NCBI GenBank assembly: GCA_043228905.1
Contig: JBHGNT010000002.1
Coordinates: forward strand, 19,530,001 to 19,594,000
Direction of reading: 5' to 3'
Length of the DNA: 64,000 nucleotides
DNA from: Azolla caroliniana
Taxonomy: Eukaryota; Plantae; Polypodiophyta
The position numbers and the translations under genes were made by a program. How positions within the stretch are numbered: the stretch's first letter is position 1; each line of letters begins with the position of its first letter. Of the stretch, positions 11,585 to 25,200 are shown piece after piece. The notes below the pieces were generated by a model that searched no databases, was not told where the DNA came from, and worked only from the letters and a program-made list of their open reading frames with translations.

Positions 11585-12460
11585 AGGGTTTAGGGTTTAG
11601 GGGCTAATTTCGAGGAGCTAATTTCATGTAAAAAGCACGATTTCTTATATTAGAGGAACTAATTTCATGTAAAAAGCCCAATTATCATAAAAAACAATTC
11701 ATGATTTCTTATGTTAGAGGAGCTAATTTCATGTAAAAAGCCCGATCATCATAAAAAAATCATGATTTCTTATGTTAGAGGAGTCAATTTACAAATAAAT
11801 TTGATGATTAAAATAACATTGACAAAGATTTACAAATCAAGCTTTGAAGAGAAACAACAATTTATTCAATTATTGCAATGTTTTTTTGAAATTTATGTTA
11901 CAAATCAATGTTTTCATAGAAACCTTCACAAATGTTTATAAAAAGTTTCACAAATTTCTATTACAAATCAATTTTTAATAGAAACCTCCATAAATGTTTG
12001 TAAAAACATTCACAAAATTCTATTACAAATCACTTTTTTAAAAGAAACCTTCAATGTTTTCCAAATATTGACTAATTTTTGTTATAATTATACATATTTT
12101 CAGAAAACATGCCCGATACAATTTTTTGATATAATTATGCATATCTTCAAAAAACATGATTTATAAATAGTACATTAGAAACCTTCATGCCTACAACAAA
12201 ATCTGGCAGCGATGTATGCATCAACGGTGAACAACATCGTGGGGAGCAACAACATGGGAGTGATTACAGTATCAATGTGGGTATGATCATAATCATGGAG
12301 TGATTATAGTGGATGTGGAGGCGGTGTTTTCTGAAAATGTGCAGAGAAAAACATTTTGGGGAAAAAAAATTAATGTAAAAATCCCTAAGTGCACGGCTTG
12401 GTTAAGTGTGCACATTTTCCTTGAGATCATAGTGCACACTTAACCGAATGGTTACTGTAT
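11585..12460. repeat. AT-rich non-autonomous DNA-transposon-like remnant with internal tandem repeats
   Basis: Starts at (TTTAGGG)2.5. Contains 3-4 copies of GAGGAGCTAATTTCATGTAAAAAG and about 3 copies of TTACAAATCA...AGAAACCT. The right end ...GCACACTTAACCGAATGGTTACTGTA looks like a pogo/Tc1-type TIR, but no left TIR was found. Confidence 0.4.
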
Positions 12461-13559
12461 TGTATTCATGAGACTTAATCAAATGAATGGCATGAAAACA
12501 TCCCAAACCAATGTGAATCATATTCTAGACCTATGTTAGCTTGAGTATATAATTCTTATTTATCGACGTTACATCTTAGAGATTTAATCAATCAATTAAA
12601 AAATGAATATTTCATGCATGAAAAAGGAAACTATGTTGATCAATTAAGTTTTTTTTGAGCAACACTTAAAAATATATGAGAAAAAACGAATGTATGTTAA
12701 ATTCTTCACATCTTAATCATCAATGAACAAAGTTATTTTTGTGCAAAATTGAGAAACTTGAATGTACCACTAAAAGACACGTTTGTCAAAAATTGAAGGG
12801 AAAAACTAATGTATGTTACATAGATCTTGGATGTGCATTAGATTAAGATCCTTTTATATGTACAAAAAGGAGATTTGAATGAGATAATCAAAATAATTAA
12901 AGAAGAAACTCTTCCTAAACAATGTCTATAATCGAAAGTAAATGTTAGATGTCATTAATCTGATTCATTAATTGGAAAACAATATCTCGATTCTGAAGCA
13001 CAAAAAGGAACTTGACCAAGATAAGCAAAAAACATTTTTCGTGAATAATGTGATTCAAAAATTGAAAAACTAGGACTAATGTATGTTAGATATGTTAGGT
13101 TTGATCGATGGCTTAGAAAATGATGAATATATGTACAAAAAAGAGCTTTTAACAAATTGAAAAGAGAAAATTCCCAAACAATGTGGACGTGGATCAAAAT
13201 CAGAACCAAAAGGTTGATGTATATGTGTAAAATTTGACACACAAATATTTGCACAATAGAAATATGAAGTGATCAATTAAATAGAGGAACACACATAAAC
13301 ATGCTCATTGTTTTCACAAAGAATCCCGAGCCGCCATTCGATCGGGCCGATCGAAACTCCAATCCAATGGTTGCATGCACGAAAAAGGCGACTTTGACCA
13401 AGTTCCTGTTGCGCAGGGGGGGGGGTGAGAGTGGCACATACGTACATACATGCCCATAGCCTGAGAGGCGATCAACCAGAATTCGAGACGTGGTGGTGGT
13501 GTGGGTGGTGAGGGGGGGTAAAACGAAGATAACCAACGGGCGGCACGCGGAGAAGTGAA

Positions 13560-14300
13560 AGTGAATGAAGAAGTATGTAATTGCATGGCAGGTGGAATGG
13601 ATGTCTGGAATGAGAGTGGCCGGCCGGCCGAGACAGACTGGGGAGGGCCGATCGATCGGGAAATGGTTAATGAAGAGGTTCTCTGGCCCCCTCTCTCTCT
13701 CTGCTTTCCTTTGGGAGGAGGATTCCTAGGCAGACAAGACAAGACAGAAGACCCCCTCCCCCCCGAGATCACAGGTTCGAATTTAGGGTTTCTCCTCCGC
13801 AGACTTTATTTTATTTTAATTTTTTCTCTTCCGCTTTCTTTTTCTGTGTTGCAGAAATAGCCATCGCGACTTTTTTTTCTTCTTCTTCTTCTTCTTCTTC
13901 TTCTTCTCTTACTTTGTTTCTTTTCTTCTTCTTCTTTTTTTTTTTTTTCGCTCTCTTTTGCTCTTATTCGAACGTAACATACATACATACAGACAGAACG
14001 GAAGGAAGAAAATACAGACAAAAAGAGACAGAAGAAAGACCGGCAGGTGGAAAGGGAGGAAAGAAAGACAGACGAGAAAAAGGAAAGGGACGAAGAGGCG
14101 CCGAAAACCGCGCGTTTCAGTTTTTTAGGGTTTCGTTAAGGTCTCGTCTTGTGCGGTCTTTTCTTTAGGGTTAGACGTTTCTGTGCAGGAGTGTCTTCTT
14201 CAGCTCAGTGAAGAGGCTATGCTTGATCTCTCTGCGCAGATATGTAGATTTCATGATATGTCTTCTTCTTCTTCACGAATTATGCTACGGAATTAAAGAG
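13560..14300 (+). promoter_or_regulatory. EAF1 promoter/5' UTR region with telo-boxes and CT/CTT tracts
   Basis: GC-richer island with TTAGGGTT(T) telo-box motifs at ~13782, 14125 and 14164 and a (CTT)n tract at ~13879-13935. Probable non-coding exon 14189-14300 (tgcag|...GAG|gtaaac), followed by an intron ending at 16154. Confidence 0.55.
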
Positions 14301-16243
14301 GTAAACGCGAAAAACTTCTTTATTTATTGTTCTATGGATTTATTTATTTGTATATCTTCGCTTTCTTTTGCAATACATGCACCGTGGACACATGGGATAA
14401 TAATGGGAGCTACGACAATCAAGAGGATCATTTTCTCAATATTATATCACATTTGTATTAAGCTATGCCAAATGCACAATGCCATTTTAGCAAGTAACTG
14501 TTATAGTTGCTTTTTTGTTTTTTGATTGCAAAGGAAGTTGTGTTTCTTTTGCATTTTGCACACAATGGGAGATAGGTTAATCAAAGCAATATTAGTACAA
14601 TGCATTGTTGGCATATAAGATAGAAACTGCGATGCAAAAAGCATCATGTATGTCTTTTTGGCAAACAATGCAAAACTCAAAAGAGAAGATGCCATTGGCA
14701 CTTAATGCAATGCCTAAACCATAGCTTCTGCATTGCTGTGATGGGTATAGGAGTGGAATGATTATTTTTCAAAATGCGCAGATGTATTTGTTTCGAGTAA
14801 TAAATAATTATGGTTGTCTAGCAAAGAGACAATGTCAAAGATCATTGAACGGATGAACCATAGATTTTTCAATGCCATGATGACTATATGATCCAAGTAG
14901 TCTGTGTAATACTGCATAAGTGGAGAATAAATTACCATGCAATATGCAGAGATGCAACTGTTACAAGTAATATATTACTTGTCTAGAAAGTAGAGGTGTC
15001 AGCAGGACTAACTGGATTAACCAGACACCAAATTCTCCTCCGTAATTCATGATCCTATAAAATTAAATTCAACCCTCGTTTTTAATTGAACTACAAGAGC
15101 TTTCTCAGCAACAAAGGGAAAGAAGTATCAGAGGTCATGTAGGAAAATTCTACTCCACATTAGCAACATGCATATTCTCACTTCTTCGTTGGTAAAAAAA
15201 AACATTGTCTTTAATATTTGTGGCAGATGTTATAGAGTTTTCCAACATACTATCCTGCTTGTGCTAAAACTAGACAGCATATCTTTAAATTGGAATCCCT
15301 CTTCTAAATTCAATGCATATATAATTTCAGAGCTATGGGTAATAGTAATTATGCACACAGTTTGACTTTAAGAACTGAAATAATGTATAAATCATAAAAA
15401 CTGTTGGAGAAAAAATATTGATTGTGAGCTGTATATTTTTATTTTTCTAAACATAAATGTTTAAAAGGAGAATAAAACCATTCTCCAAGACAAAGGTGAA
15501 AGGAAGAAATGGGAAGAGCCTTGGGCTGATAAGAAAGGTAGGATCTGAGAAGACAGAAATGTGTCTGGCTGCCAAATAGTCAGCCAAAACTGGGGCCCAA
15601 CTTGACATTCATTAATTATGGTTAAATGGTGGATATATTTTAACAAATAACACTTCTCGATCATAATGACTTGTGAGTCATATCTTCTTTTCATGGCACC
15701 GAGATTGTTTCTTCAATCAAAGAGGATCCAGAATTGCATAGTTTCAAGAGTGTAAAATAGATATCTTATCAGGAGACAGGCACACATATCTTTCTGTGTG
15801 TCTGTTTTGGACTTATTTTCCTTTTTCATTCGCATTTCAAATGCAATTTCTTTATCTATACTAGGAAGGCAACTACATAGCCCCAGTGAACCAGGATATT
15901 TTCAACATGGATTTTTGGTTACTTTGATGGAAGTTCAGAGTATAGAGGGAGAGAGAAACACAGCTTCCTTATTAGAAACAGGAAATGTACTGAGCTCCTT
16001 AGATATCTAGAAAAAACAGATCAAAAGTTAGTTGCATTTTACTGGAAGTTTTTAAGGTGCATTGCTCAAAAATGACATAGATTTTACCACATTTCACTTT
16101 GATTTTAAAACACCTATTTTTAGTTGCTCTAACTGTTAGATACTTGCGCCACAGGGCCGATTGGAGAGAAAGGTCTTACTACAACGCAGAACCCTGGACT
16201 AAACCCAGGGTTCAACATTTCTAGTCAATGCAGAGCAAGTCCC

Positions 16244-19200
16244 ATGGGCGCAGGAGTTGCTGCAGTGGCTGGAGTAGAGACCAAACCATCATCTTGCTGT
16301 ACAGCTATTGAGGAGGCTCAGGCTGAGCTTAGGTATTTATATACAATTCACTTGTGATACTAATGATATTCTAAAGAGGGACTTATGTGTTAAAATTTTG
16401 CAGGCAAGAGCTTGCTGGGCGTAATGAGCGGCGAAGAGAGCTAGAGTTTTTGGAGAAGGTATCTCAACTTTGGTTCCTATTATGGTTAATTGGTTTGACT
16501 AATTTCAAACTGCTCTGAAACCTATTTTTCATTTTTGAAGGGAGGAGATCCTCTTGAATTTAAACTTATTGAAAGCTCTGCTAGTCTATGGTCATTTTCC
16601 CAAGCAGATCCATTTGCTAAGAATTTTCTTTCCAGGTTTGTCTTGATTTTGTTATTTCTTTCCAACTTCTGTTTTTACAAATCCACAGTTTATTTTAGAA
16701 ATTGTAACATTTCTATTTCCAAATGAATTTGCAGTAATGCAAAAATTAGCAATTCACTTACCAATATCACAGATGAAGATAAGGTAGAATTAATTCCTGA
16801 AGATGGTTCAGCGTTAAAAAAGGCACGAAGCTCATTGGGGAAATTTTTGGTTGATCATGATGCCACAACAATTAACCCAATTGCAGATAATCTTACCACT
16901 GCTATCAACTTTTCCCTTGAGCATGACAGAAAGAAAGGGTTGGATCTATGCAAGAGCAACAGACCAGCTGTGAAAGGTCAATATGCAAGAAGAAACAGGC
17001 AAAGGAGTAACCGTTTTGGAGATGGGTGTGCTCTATTATTAGATTCAGGGAAACCTGAGGTTGAGTGCGGATCTTCAAATCACTCTCCTGGAATTGGATC
17101 TATTCTCAGCAATGGCAAGGTTCAAGATTCCATTAAAGAAAGATCAGCTCAAGCTACTGCACACCAGGATTCTTTTCAATCCAGGGATTCTACTGATATA
17201 GTATATATACGGGATGTTAAAGGAGACTTTACTATTGCTATTGGGGATTCTGCAAAGATTGCCACTGAGGATTCTGCAAGGGATTCCCAAAATGCTGTTA
17301 ATCTGGACAAAAATAGTAAATGCATACAAATCACAAATAATTTCCCATCATTAGAAAGTACAATGAAAACTGTTTCAGAGCTGCCATTTGAGAATGACAG
17401 GATTAGCTCTTCACTTCCATGCAATACAGAAGTATTGAACTCAGTTTCATCAGTTCCTATTATAACAGGTATGGAAGAGGATAAGAAAGTCTGTGATGAA
17501 CTTACTAAAAAAGGAGAAAGCAATCTAGGTATAGAGATATTGAAGGAACCAAGTGTTCCATTGGTTAGCCAAACTGTAGAATATACAGGGAATTCAAATG
17601 AAGACGATCTTGTAAAGGGATTGTTTGATAATAGCAATGATTTACGAAAAAATGAAAGCACTTTTACAATTGTTCTTGCATCTGAGGCAACTGACAATAT
17701 TGCAAAAGTTAATCCTACAGATGTAAGTCTAAAGCTAATAGGTGATAGATCAGCAGCTACATGTCCTAGTCAATCAGAAAATAAGATATATAGTTATGGA
17801 CAGGCTGAAAGAGTGCAAGAGATAGAGGGTGTCAAAATCAAAGTGGAAGAAGAAACATCTGAGGGAGTTGGTAACCCATCAAAAGCAAGATTATGTGACC
17901 AAACACTTATGGCGGTGACAATGCTTTCTGAAGTGAACAGCGACTATAGTCAATACCCTCAGATTGGGAATCTGGGCTCTGGGAATGCTGCCGTTGAAGA
18001 CTTGCAGGACAGCAGAAATATGTCGTTGCCAAACAAGTTGCAAGATGGCACATTGAAGCCCGAAAAAATTGACGAAACAGCTTTAGTAGATGGTAGAAAT
18101 GACGTAAAAGAAAATTGTTCTGCTATCAAGGGAGGTCTCACCAAAGAGGAAGTTGAAACGATGAAGGTAGGATAACGAGCTTCGTTACTATTGGTCAAGA
18201 ACATTCTATTTTTGGTAAAGAAGTTTTCTCATATAAACTTTATGTTTTGTAAAATCACAGACCTCTTCACAGAAAAGTGCTGATTTGGTGAAAGAAAATG
18301 TGATCCAAGAACCTAGGAAGAAGCCCCATTGGGATTTTGTTTTGGAGGAAATGGCATGGTTAGCCAATGATTTCATGCAGGTACATTCTGATATGAACAC
18401 AGTCTATTATTTGGAAATCACATTTCCACCATCTTTAAAATTGTATCTGAATGAAGACTTGTTTTTAGCCCGAAAAGAATCTCTGTGCAGCTATTCTCCA
18501 TATCTATCTTACTGGTATGCTTTTTAGAATTTATGAACATAACTGAACACATAACATGTCTTTATGCATTGTCATTGCACAACCACACTTTGGAGAAATA
18601 GTTTAAAATTGTGTCACTGTTTTATTTGCTATGTGTTACATGACACAAGAATGATACAATATGAGCCATGCTAATATTGGCATGGTACCATAACATCTAA
18701 TCTGCATGGTGAATGATGTAGGTGATGTAAGTGCATGCTCCTAGAGTTACAATACACTAGCTCATTTTTTACAGGTAGTCCAAGTACATATCAAAATTTT
18801 GCAGGTTGAGGTTGCATTTATAGACAATATACTAGCCATTACCCATCCTGTTCTGAGAGGATGGCAACTATTGTTGCAGGAGTGGTAGATATTGCACGAG
18901 TCTTAATGAAAGCTCATTGCATCTTTTGGGATGAATGCACATTATGGTCAGAGAGAGGTATACATTGTCTTTTATCGAATAATTAACATACCATGGCTTA
19001 CAAGTAATGCTATAAGATATTGACAACAATTCTCTTTAAGATCTTAAAACATACCATCACGTCTCCTTTAGATATTAGAATTTAGCATGTATCTTTTTCT
19101 CCCATAAGAACATTTATGCCCACTGAAAGGTTGTTGACAAAAATGTGGCACACGATCCTATTCCCAAGATACAATTCATATAGCTTGAATGTCACAACGA

Positions 19201-22200
19201 AGGTGTTTAATGAATGGTATTAACTTCAACCAATCTGCTCGACAGCCAAGGTTGTGTTACTACCACCTGTGCTGGTACCATAAAGTTTGTCATTACATAG
19301 GTTTAATCGTGATATGTGCAGTGATACATCCCACATATTTTTTGACCATAGGCTTATTTGAAGTTAAAAACCTTCCAAGCTGACTTCAAAGGTAAGGTAT
19401 GAATAAACTAAGCTTCTTTGACGTTTTGGTCTGTCATGGTGCGAAGTATCCTCTGGTTTCAGGCAGGAGATGTCAGACTTCATTCTCACCAATGCCATTT
19501 CCATTACAGATATAATAGAAAAAGGTACTTTGGTGTGAATCATCAATTCCGTTTTGTACTCAGCGTTCATATTGGTGAGTAAACCAGTGGATAGGTGATA
19601 GTGTCCACACCTAGATTCTGGATAGGTGATAGGTTGATGACATGGTGATTTGCATGTGCCAGGACAAGAGGGGTTGATATAGGTAGGGATGCTATCACTG
19701 ATATCTTATTGTATGATTGTACACATGAAAGATCCCTATACCAACATTTGAACATTTGAAGATGATACCCAGAATATATGTTCTACTGATTGTGGAAAAC
19801 ATCACAGCGTTGAAGTTTAAAAGATGACATGTAGAGATATTTGTCCGTGCCGTTTTGTGTATTCAATTGTTTGAGATATTTATTATCAGAGGTGCTTACA
19901 ATTTGATGCAGAAAGCCTAAAGTACTTATTCATTCTTGCCAGTAATAAAAAAAGGTCCAAAGCAAGTTTCATTGAGACAGGAAGCCGAACATCCTGATTT
20001 TTACCTCGGCTATGATTGAGGCATTCATGACTGTAATTGTGTGTAAATATCATAGTTGTTATAAAACATGTATTCTACATTTAGAATTTTTTTAGAATAC
20101 TCGGAAGTATTCTACGTTTTAGAACTATCATTTGATAATTTTTCATGTATTCTAAGTATTCGAGGTATTCAACGTATTTAGCATTTTAAAAAAGTTTAAA
20201 AACTTAAATTACTTAAAAGAAACTTTAAAATGTAATAAGTATTTAACGTATTTTACATGTATTCTACATATTTTAAGTATTCTACACGTATTCTAATTAT
20301 TTAACGTATTGAATGTATTTTAACTGTAAAATACGTATTCTAAGTATTAAAAAAAGGTAGAATACTTTTAGAATATTTAGCATACATATTCTATGCATAT
20401 TATATGCTAAATATTCTATAACAATGGTAGAGATTTTGGGCCATGATTGACTTTCTTATATGAATAACTTTTATCCTGCCGTTTTTTAGGAACGACTTTG
20501 GAAAATTGCTGCTGCTGCACAAGTTGCAAGATGGATTGCCAAAGAGAAACAGAAATTAGAGTTTGAACAAGCAGAAATTCAGAAAAGGCAAAAGAGAATA
20601 GCTCAAAGTTTAGCTAAAAGAGTTGCATCATTCTGGCTTTTAAGTGAAGCTCTCCCAAAGGAATTTGTTATGCATGATAAGGCCACACTGCCAGTTTTAT
20701 CTAACAGTAAATCAACTGAAACAGCCATTCATGAGGTATAGTATGTTGAGCTTTTGCATGCTTAAGTCATCATTTATATATTTTTTCTGAGAAGACTTAT
20801 GTCAATCTATATGTATTTGTTCTTACTGTGAACTCATATTTGTAAGCAGGTTGAAACAAGGTTGATTTCTGCGGAGGCAAGAGTTCTTTCAGATAAAACT
20901 CGTCCTGTACAGAAGTATGCTGTACGATTCCTTGAAAACTCTGCCGATCGTCAAGCAGCAACTCAGGCAGAAGCTCCTCCTACACCAGATCGCGTGTCTG
21001 AGTCCGGATTATGTGAATTCTGGGAAGAACAATTCGAGGAGGTATGTAGCATACTCTTCACTTGCTTATGCATCCAAGGTTTTGATTTAGTACTCACTGG
21101 TTACAGTTCGTGAACAGGAAAGTCTTTTCTACACTGTTCCTAACCATTCAATGGAATCCTACTGCCAATCAATAGTATCACACTGGGAAATGGTATATTA
21201 CAATGCGTTATACCTTTCTGGTAGCATTACGAAAAGTGTTAAAAGATGATTTGAAAAATGATTTGCATTACAGGATTATGAACAGAGACTTCAAGATCAT
21301 GAATCTGTATTAATGGAGGCAGAAGTGCATGATGGTGGAGAAGAAATTGAATATGCCACTGGAATCTGTTAGTTGTAACCATGAAATAATATTTCAAAGC
21401 TAGATTTCTTCATGATATGTTTTCTCATCCATGCATATTTATGATACAGATGATGCAGCTCCATTAGTCTCCCCTTTCATTACTGGTAAACGGAGCTCAG
21501 GACTCCATGGAGTAAATCGTACTAATGCAAGCAATATCCCCACCAAACGAATGCGTACATCTGCTGTTGCAGCAAGACAGAGAGCTGCAGGAGTAGCTGC
21601 ACCTTTTCTTTCGGGATCAGCGGTTCATCTTGCAAGGTCAGATATTTCCAGTTGCGAGACATCACAGCAAGATGAGATGTCAATGATAGTTGAAGGTTCC
21701 TCTATGTCTGGAAAATTCACTGATGTTGATTCAAATGGAGCTTTTATAAGAAGTCAAATGGTTGTGGATGGAGTGGATAGTCCTCTCAAAAGCAAGAAGA
21801 AAAAGAAGGCCAAGACAAGCAATGGGGGCCACAGTGCTTCTGCTGCATTTGACGTAGGTCCCAAAGACTATTCTGCCGTTTATTATTATCTATTATCACA
21901 GAATCAAGATTTGGCTCTAATAAAACAGTTTTCTCAATGTTAATACGAAGCAGTCAGGTGTCTTTGCTGGTTTGTATATGTATGTATGTAATATTCAGAA
22001 TCTGAAATATTATGTATGAAGAGGTAGAATAGATCTACAATTTGCAGATTAAAGTTTAACTATGTAATTTTGTGTCTGTATTGATATCCCTTACCTGTTA
22101 ACAAACTCATTTTTTTATGGCTATGATGGTTGCGACTTGCAATAGGTGAGAGAATCGGAACAATCATGGCAGTACCGTGGAAACGAGCAGGTAACGAACA

Positions 22201-25200
22201 TGTGATGTTTGTTTTTGCATTCAATGTGAGATGTTTTCTTTGAATCTGTTTACAAAATTTTCTTTCATTTCTTTAGAAGGAACACATAAAGCATAAGGGA
22301 GAGCATGCTGCTACTGGAAGTCCTGGACTAGAAGGATTTGGTAATGCAAGTTTGAGCTAGGGTTATTTAAGTGAAGGCTGGAGAGTAACGTTACCAAAGT
22401 TCTGGTTTAGAAAAAATCATATGTTGATGCCCGCTCGTGTTTCATTTGCAGGAACACAGCGTGGGATGGGAACTGCTAGTAATAACAGCAAACTGATCAA
22501 ACATATCAGTAATCGAGACCGAGGAAGAAAATACAAGGCTGGGAAGGTGTAATTGCATTTGTTTTATTCAGTTGGATTAATATTGTTCTTGGGTTAACCT
22601 ATGCTGTTTTATTTGATCAGGCTTCAATAAGTCAATCTGGTTTTGGTATCCCATGGTCACCGATTGAAGATCAGGTTTGTGATTTGTATGATCTTGTTTC
22701 ATAATTGAGAAATTTAACACCTGACAGCAACTTCAACCAGGCAATCCTTGGATTGGTGTATGAGCTGGGTGCCAATTGGGAGCTTGTGAGTGATATATTG
22801 AGTTCCAACTCACAATTAAAGGTACATATATTATACTAATTAGGTATAAAATTATATATTTTGGTGGATTTTATTTCTCACTGTAAATACTTCATATCTA
22901 GAAAATAGTATTATTGATGCAAGTTATTTCACTTTGGTATACATATTATGTTTTCTCGGCCTACAATGCCTTTGTAAAAAGGAGCCCATATTGCTTAGCA
23001 GATTCAGTTTAGTCTTCCTATTTTCATAAAAAATTGCAGTGGCAAACAGTGTTCTTCCGATTCCATCCCCTGATGGTGCCTAGTCTATCTGTTTCAATCT
23101 CTAATTGATGTGCAATGATAAGTGTCCTATTATCAATTTCTACCTTGTGTATAACACTAAAAACTGCATGACGTGGATGTGTATCCATATAAGAAGGCCT
23201 GATGATAATTCCATCCTACAACATGTGTAAAAAGAGTGCTTTATAGTGGGTCATCTTCCTACCAAGAGATATTGTGGGGCTGATACTTGTCCTTTCGTTA
23301 TGTAATTTCATGTTATCAGTTTGGATTACTCTATTCTTTTACACTTTAATCATGTTTAGATGTGGATAATCCAAGCTATATTGGAAGGAGGGCAGGTCAT
23401 TTATACTTACACATGTGTAACTGGAAACATTCGTGTATTTAAGCATGCCAACAACGATCATCTCCATTGTTTAACAAGCCGTTTTGATGACATAAATTCT
23501 TGTCTTGATTACCTTTCCTTACGCAGCTCCCAAATCCGCTGAATATCAGTCACTGATCAGAATAAATGCATTGGTCATTGTTGCATATCGCCCAGGTTAT
23601 ATCATTAGGCACTGATGCTTTGCCCTGGAGACCGGATGTTTCACCAAGTCTGTCTAGTTATGGTCCCCAAGGCTTTGGTCTCAAATTCTCTAGCTGTAGA
23701 GATGAGTTGGTGTTGCAAGTGTATCAAACAACCACAATTTAGTTGTGGTACGTGCATATGTTAATATTGTCTTTCAAGGGCACAAAGGGCGACGTATCCA
23801 TAAGAAAGTTGAGCACAGGCAGCCTCTCACAGTGAGTCCCTGTGAATGTTACTCTCAGATACGTGTAGGATTGTGTGTATACCACCTTTTCCCTTTTCAA
23901 GAAGAATCCAGGTTGTTATCTTGTTACCCATGCTTGAATGGTGTTGAACACCATCACTTCAGGTTTATCAAGGTTGAGCAACAAATCTTTGTCTATACAA
24001 AATGACTTTATTGTATTTAGATTTCTTTTCACGTGTCCTCTGAAAACCCAATAGGAGTGGACATATTTCATGATACTGATTCCTGTAGTGCATAGGTCAC
24101 AATTGCCTATTTACTGGGACACCAAGGGCTTTTAGCTGTTGCATGACCTGAGCATATAGTACAGTAGAGACAGTTTCACAATTTCAATGAGTAAATCAAT
24201 GATTATGTTTTGAGAATTTGTGAAATTTGATAATTGGGTCAATGAAAACACGATTATATTTAATGGGATAACTGAACTGCACTTGATGTCTAAACATTGA
24301 ATGCGAACTCATCTTCGATTATGCATTGCATTACAACTCAGTTGTGACTATATTCTTCAACCCAATATAGAGAATAATGTTTGATATCCTCATATATGAA
24401 TATAATTACATCTCAAGTCTAGGCCGATAGAGAAGTAACTGTTGATATCCTTATACGTAAATATGTTATGCGACCGCAGTACTTGAAATTAATGGCATAA
24501 AGCACATCATATGTTTTTAACAAGGGATCAAACTGATATATGAATGAGAGTGAGATTAAGGTGGTTGGTGCATTATACCCAACAATAACGATATTAATAT
24601 CTCCCCATCAACTCTGAAATCAAAGGAGATACCCATTCACAAAAGGAAAGGCCAGAAATACACAATTAATGGAAACAAGAAAGAGTACTGAGAAAAAGAT
24701 ATTGGTTTTTTATTTAGCCTATATGCTGGGGCCTATTGGCTTAATGTATGAGGTGTCCGCTAAATGAGAGTAGGCAAGATGTATTAACTTAGACCAAGGT
24801 TATATGAGGAGTATACAACAGGTCATAAGGTAGGCTTACACTAAGGCATATTTCTTGTACACATATCGAAGGATCCATTACGAAGATGGTACAACCATCC
24901 TTCTAATATATCTTGTTGAATGGGTCCAACTATCAACCGATACCTTGTTTTGTTAGCATTTATAAGTGTCAAATCTGAAGCTTCTATAATTTATAAACTG
25001 GATGCCATGCACATAACCAATCCTACTAATCAATCTCCAAGCATGTTTATTGGCTATGTTAATGAGAAGTAACACATCATGATGCGTATCTTAATAGCTC
25101 ATGTGCACTAGCATCTCCTTGTGCTCTTTACCCGTGTCCCACATGTCGCAACTAATCATGTTATTGGCTAGCGACCCTGTAACTGCAGAATTTGTTGCCA

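Noticed and set aside
11120-11585. Possible minus-strand LINE ending at the second telomeric tract
   Set aside because: Only a vague PLSLPLL resemblance and no YADD or other RT motif, so a second LINE-telomere junction cannot be supported.
13273-14525. ORFs in the EAF1 promoter/5' UTR, suggesting a divergent gene
   Set aside because: They are low-complexity translations of CTT/GA tracts with no consistent exon structure or motifs.
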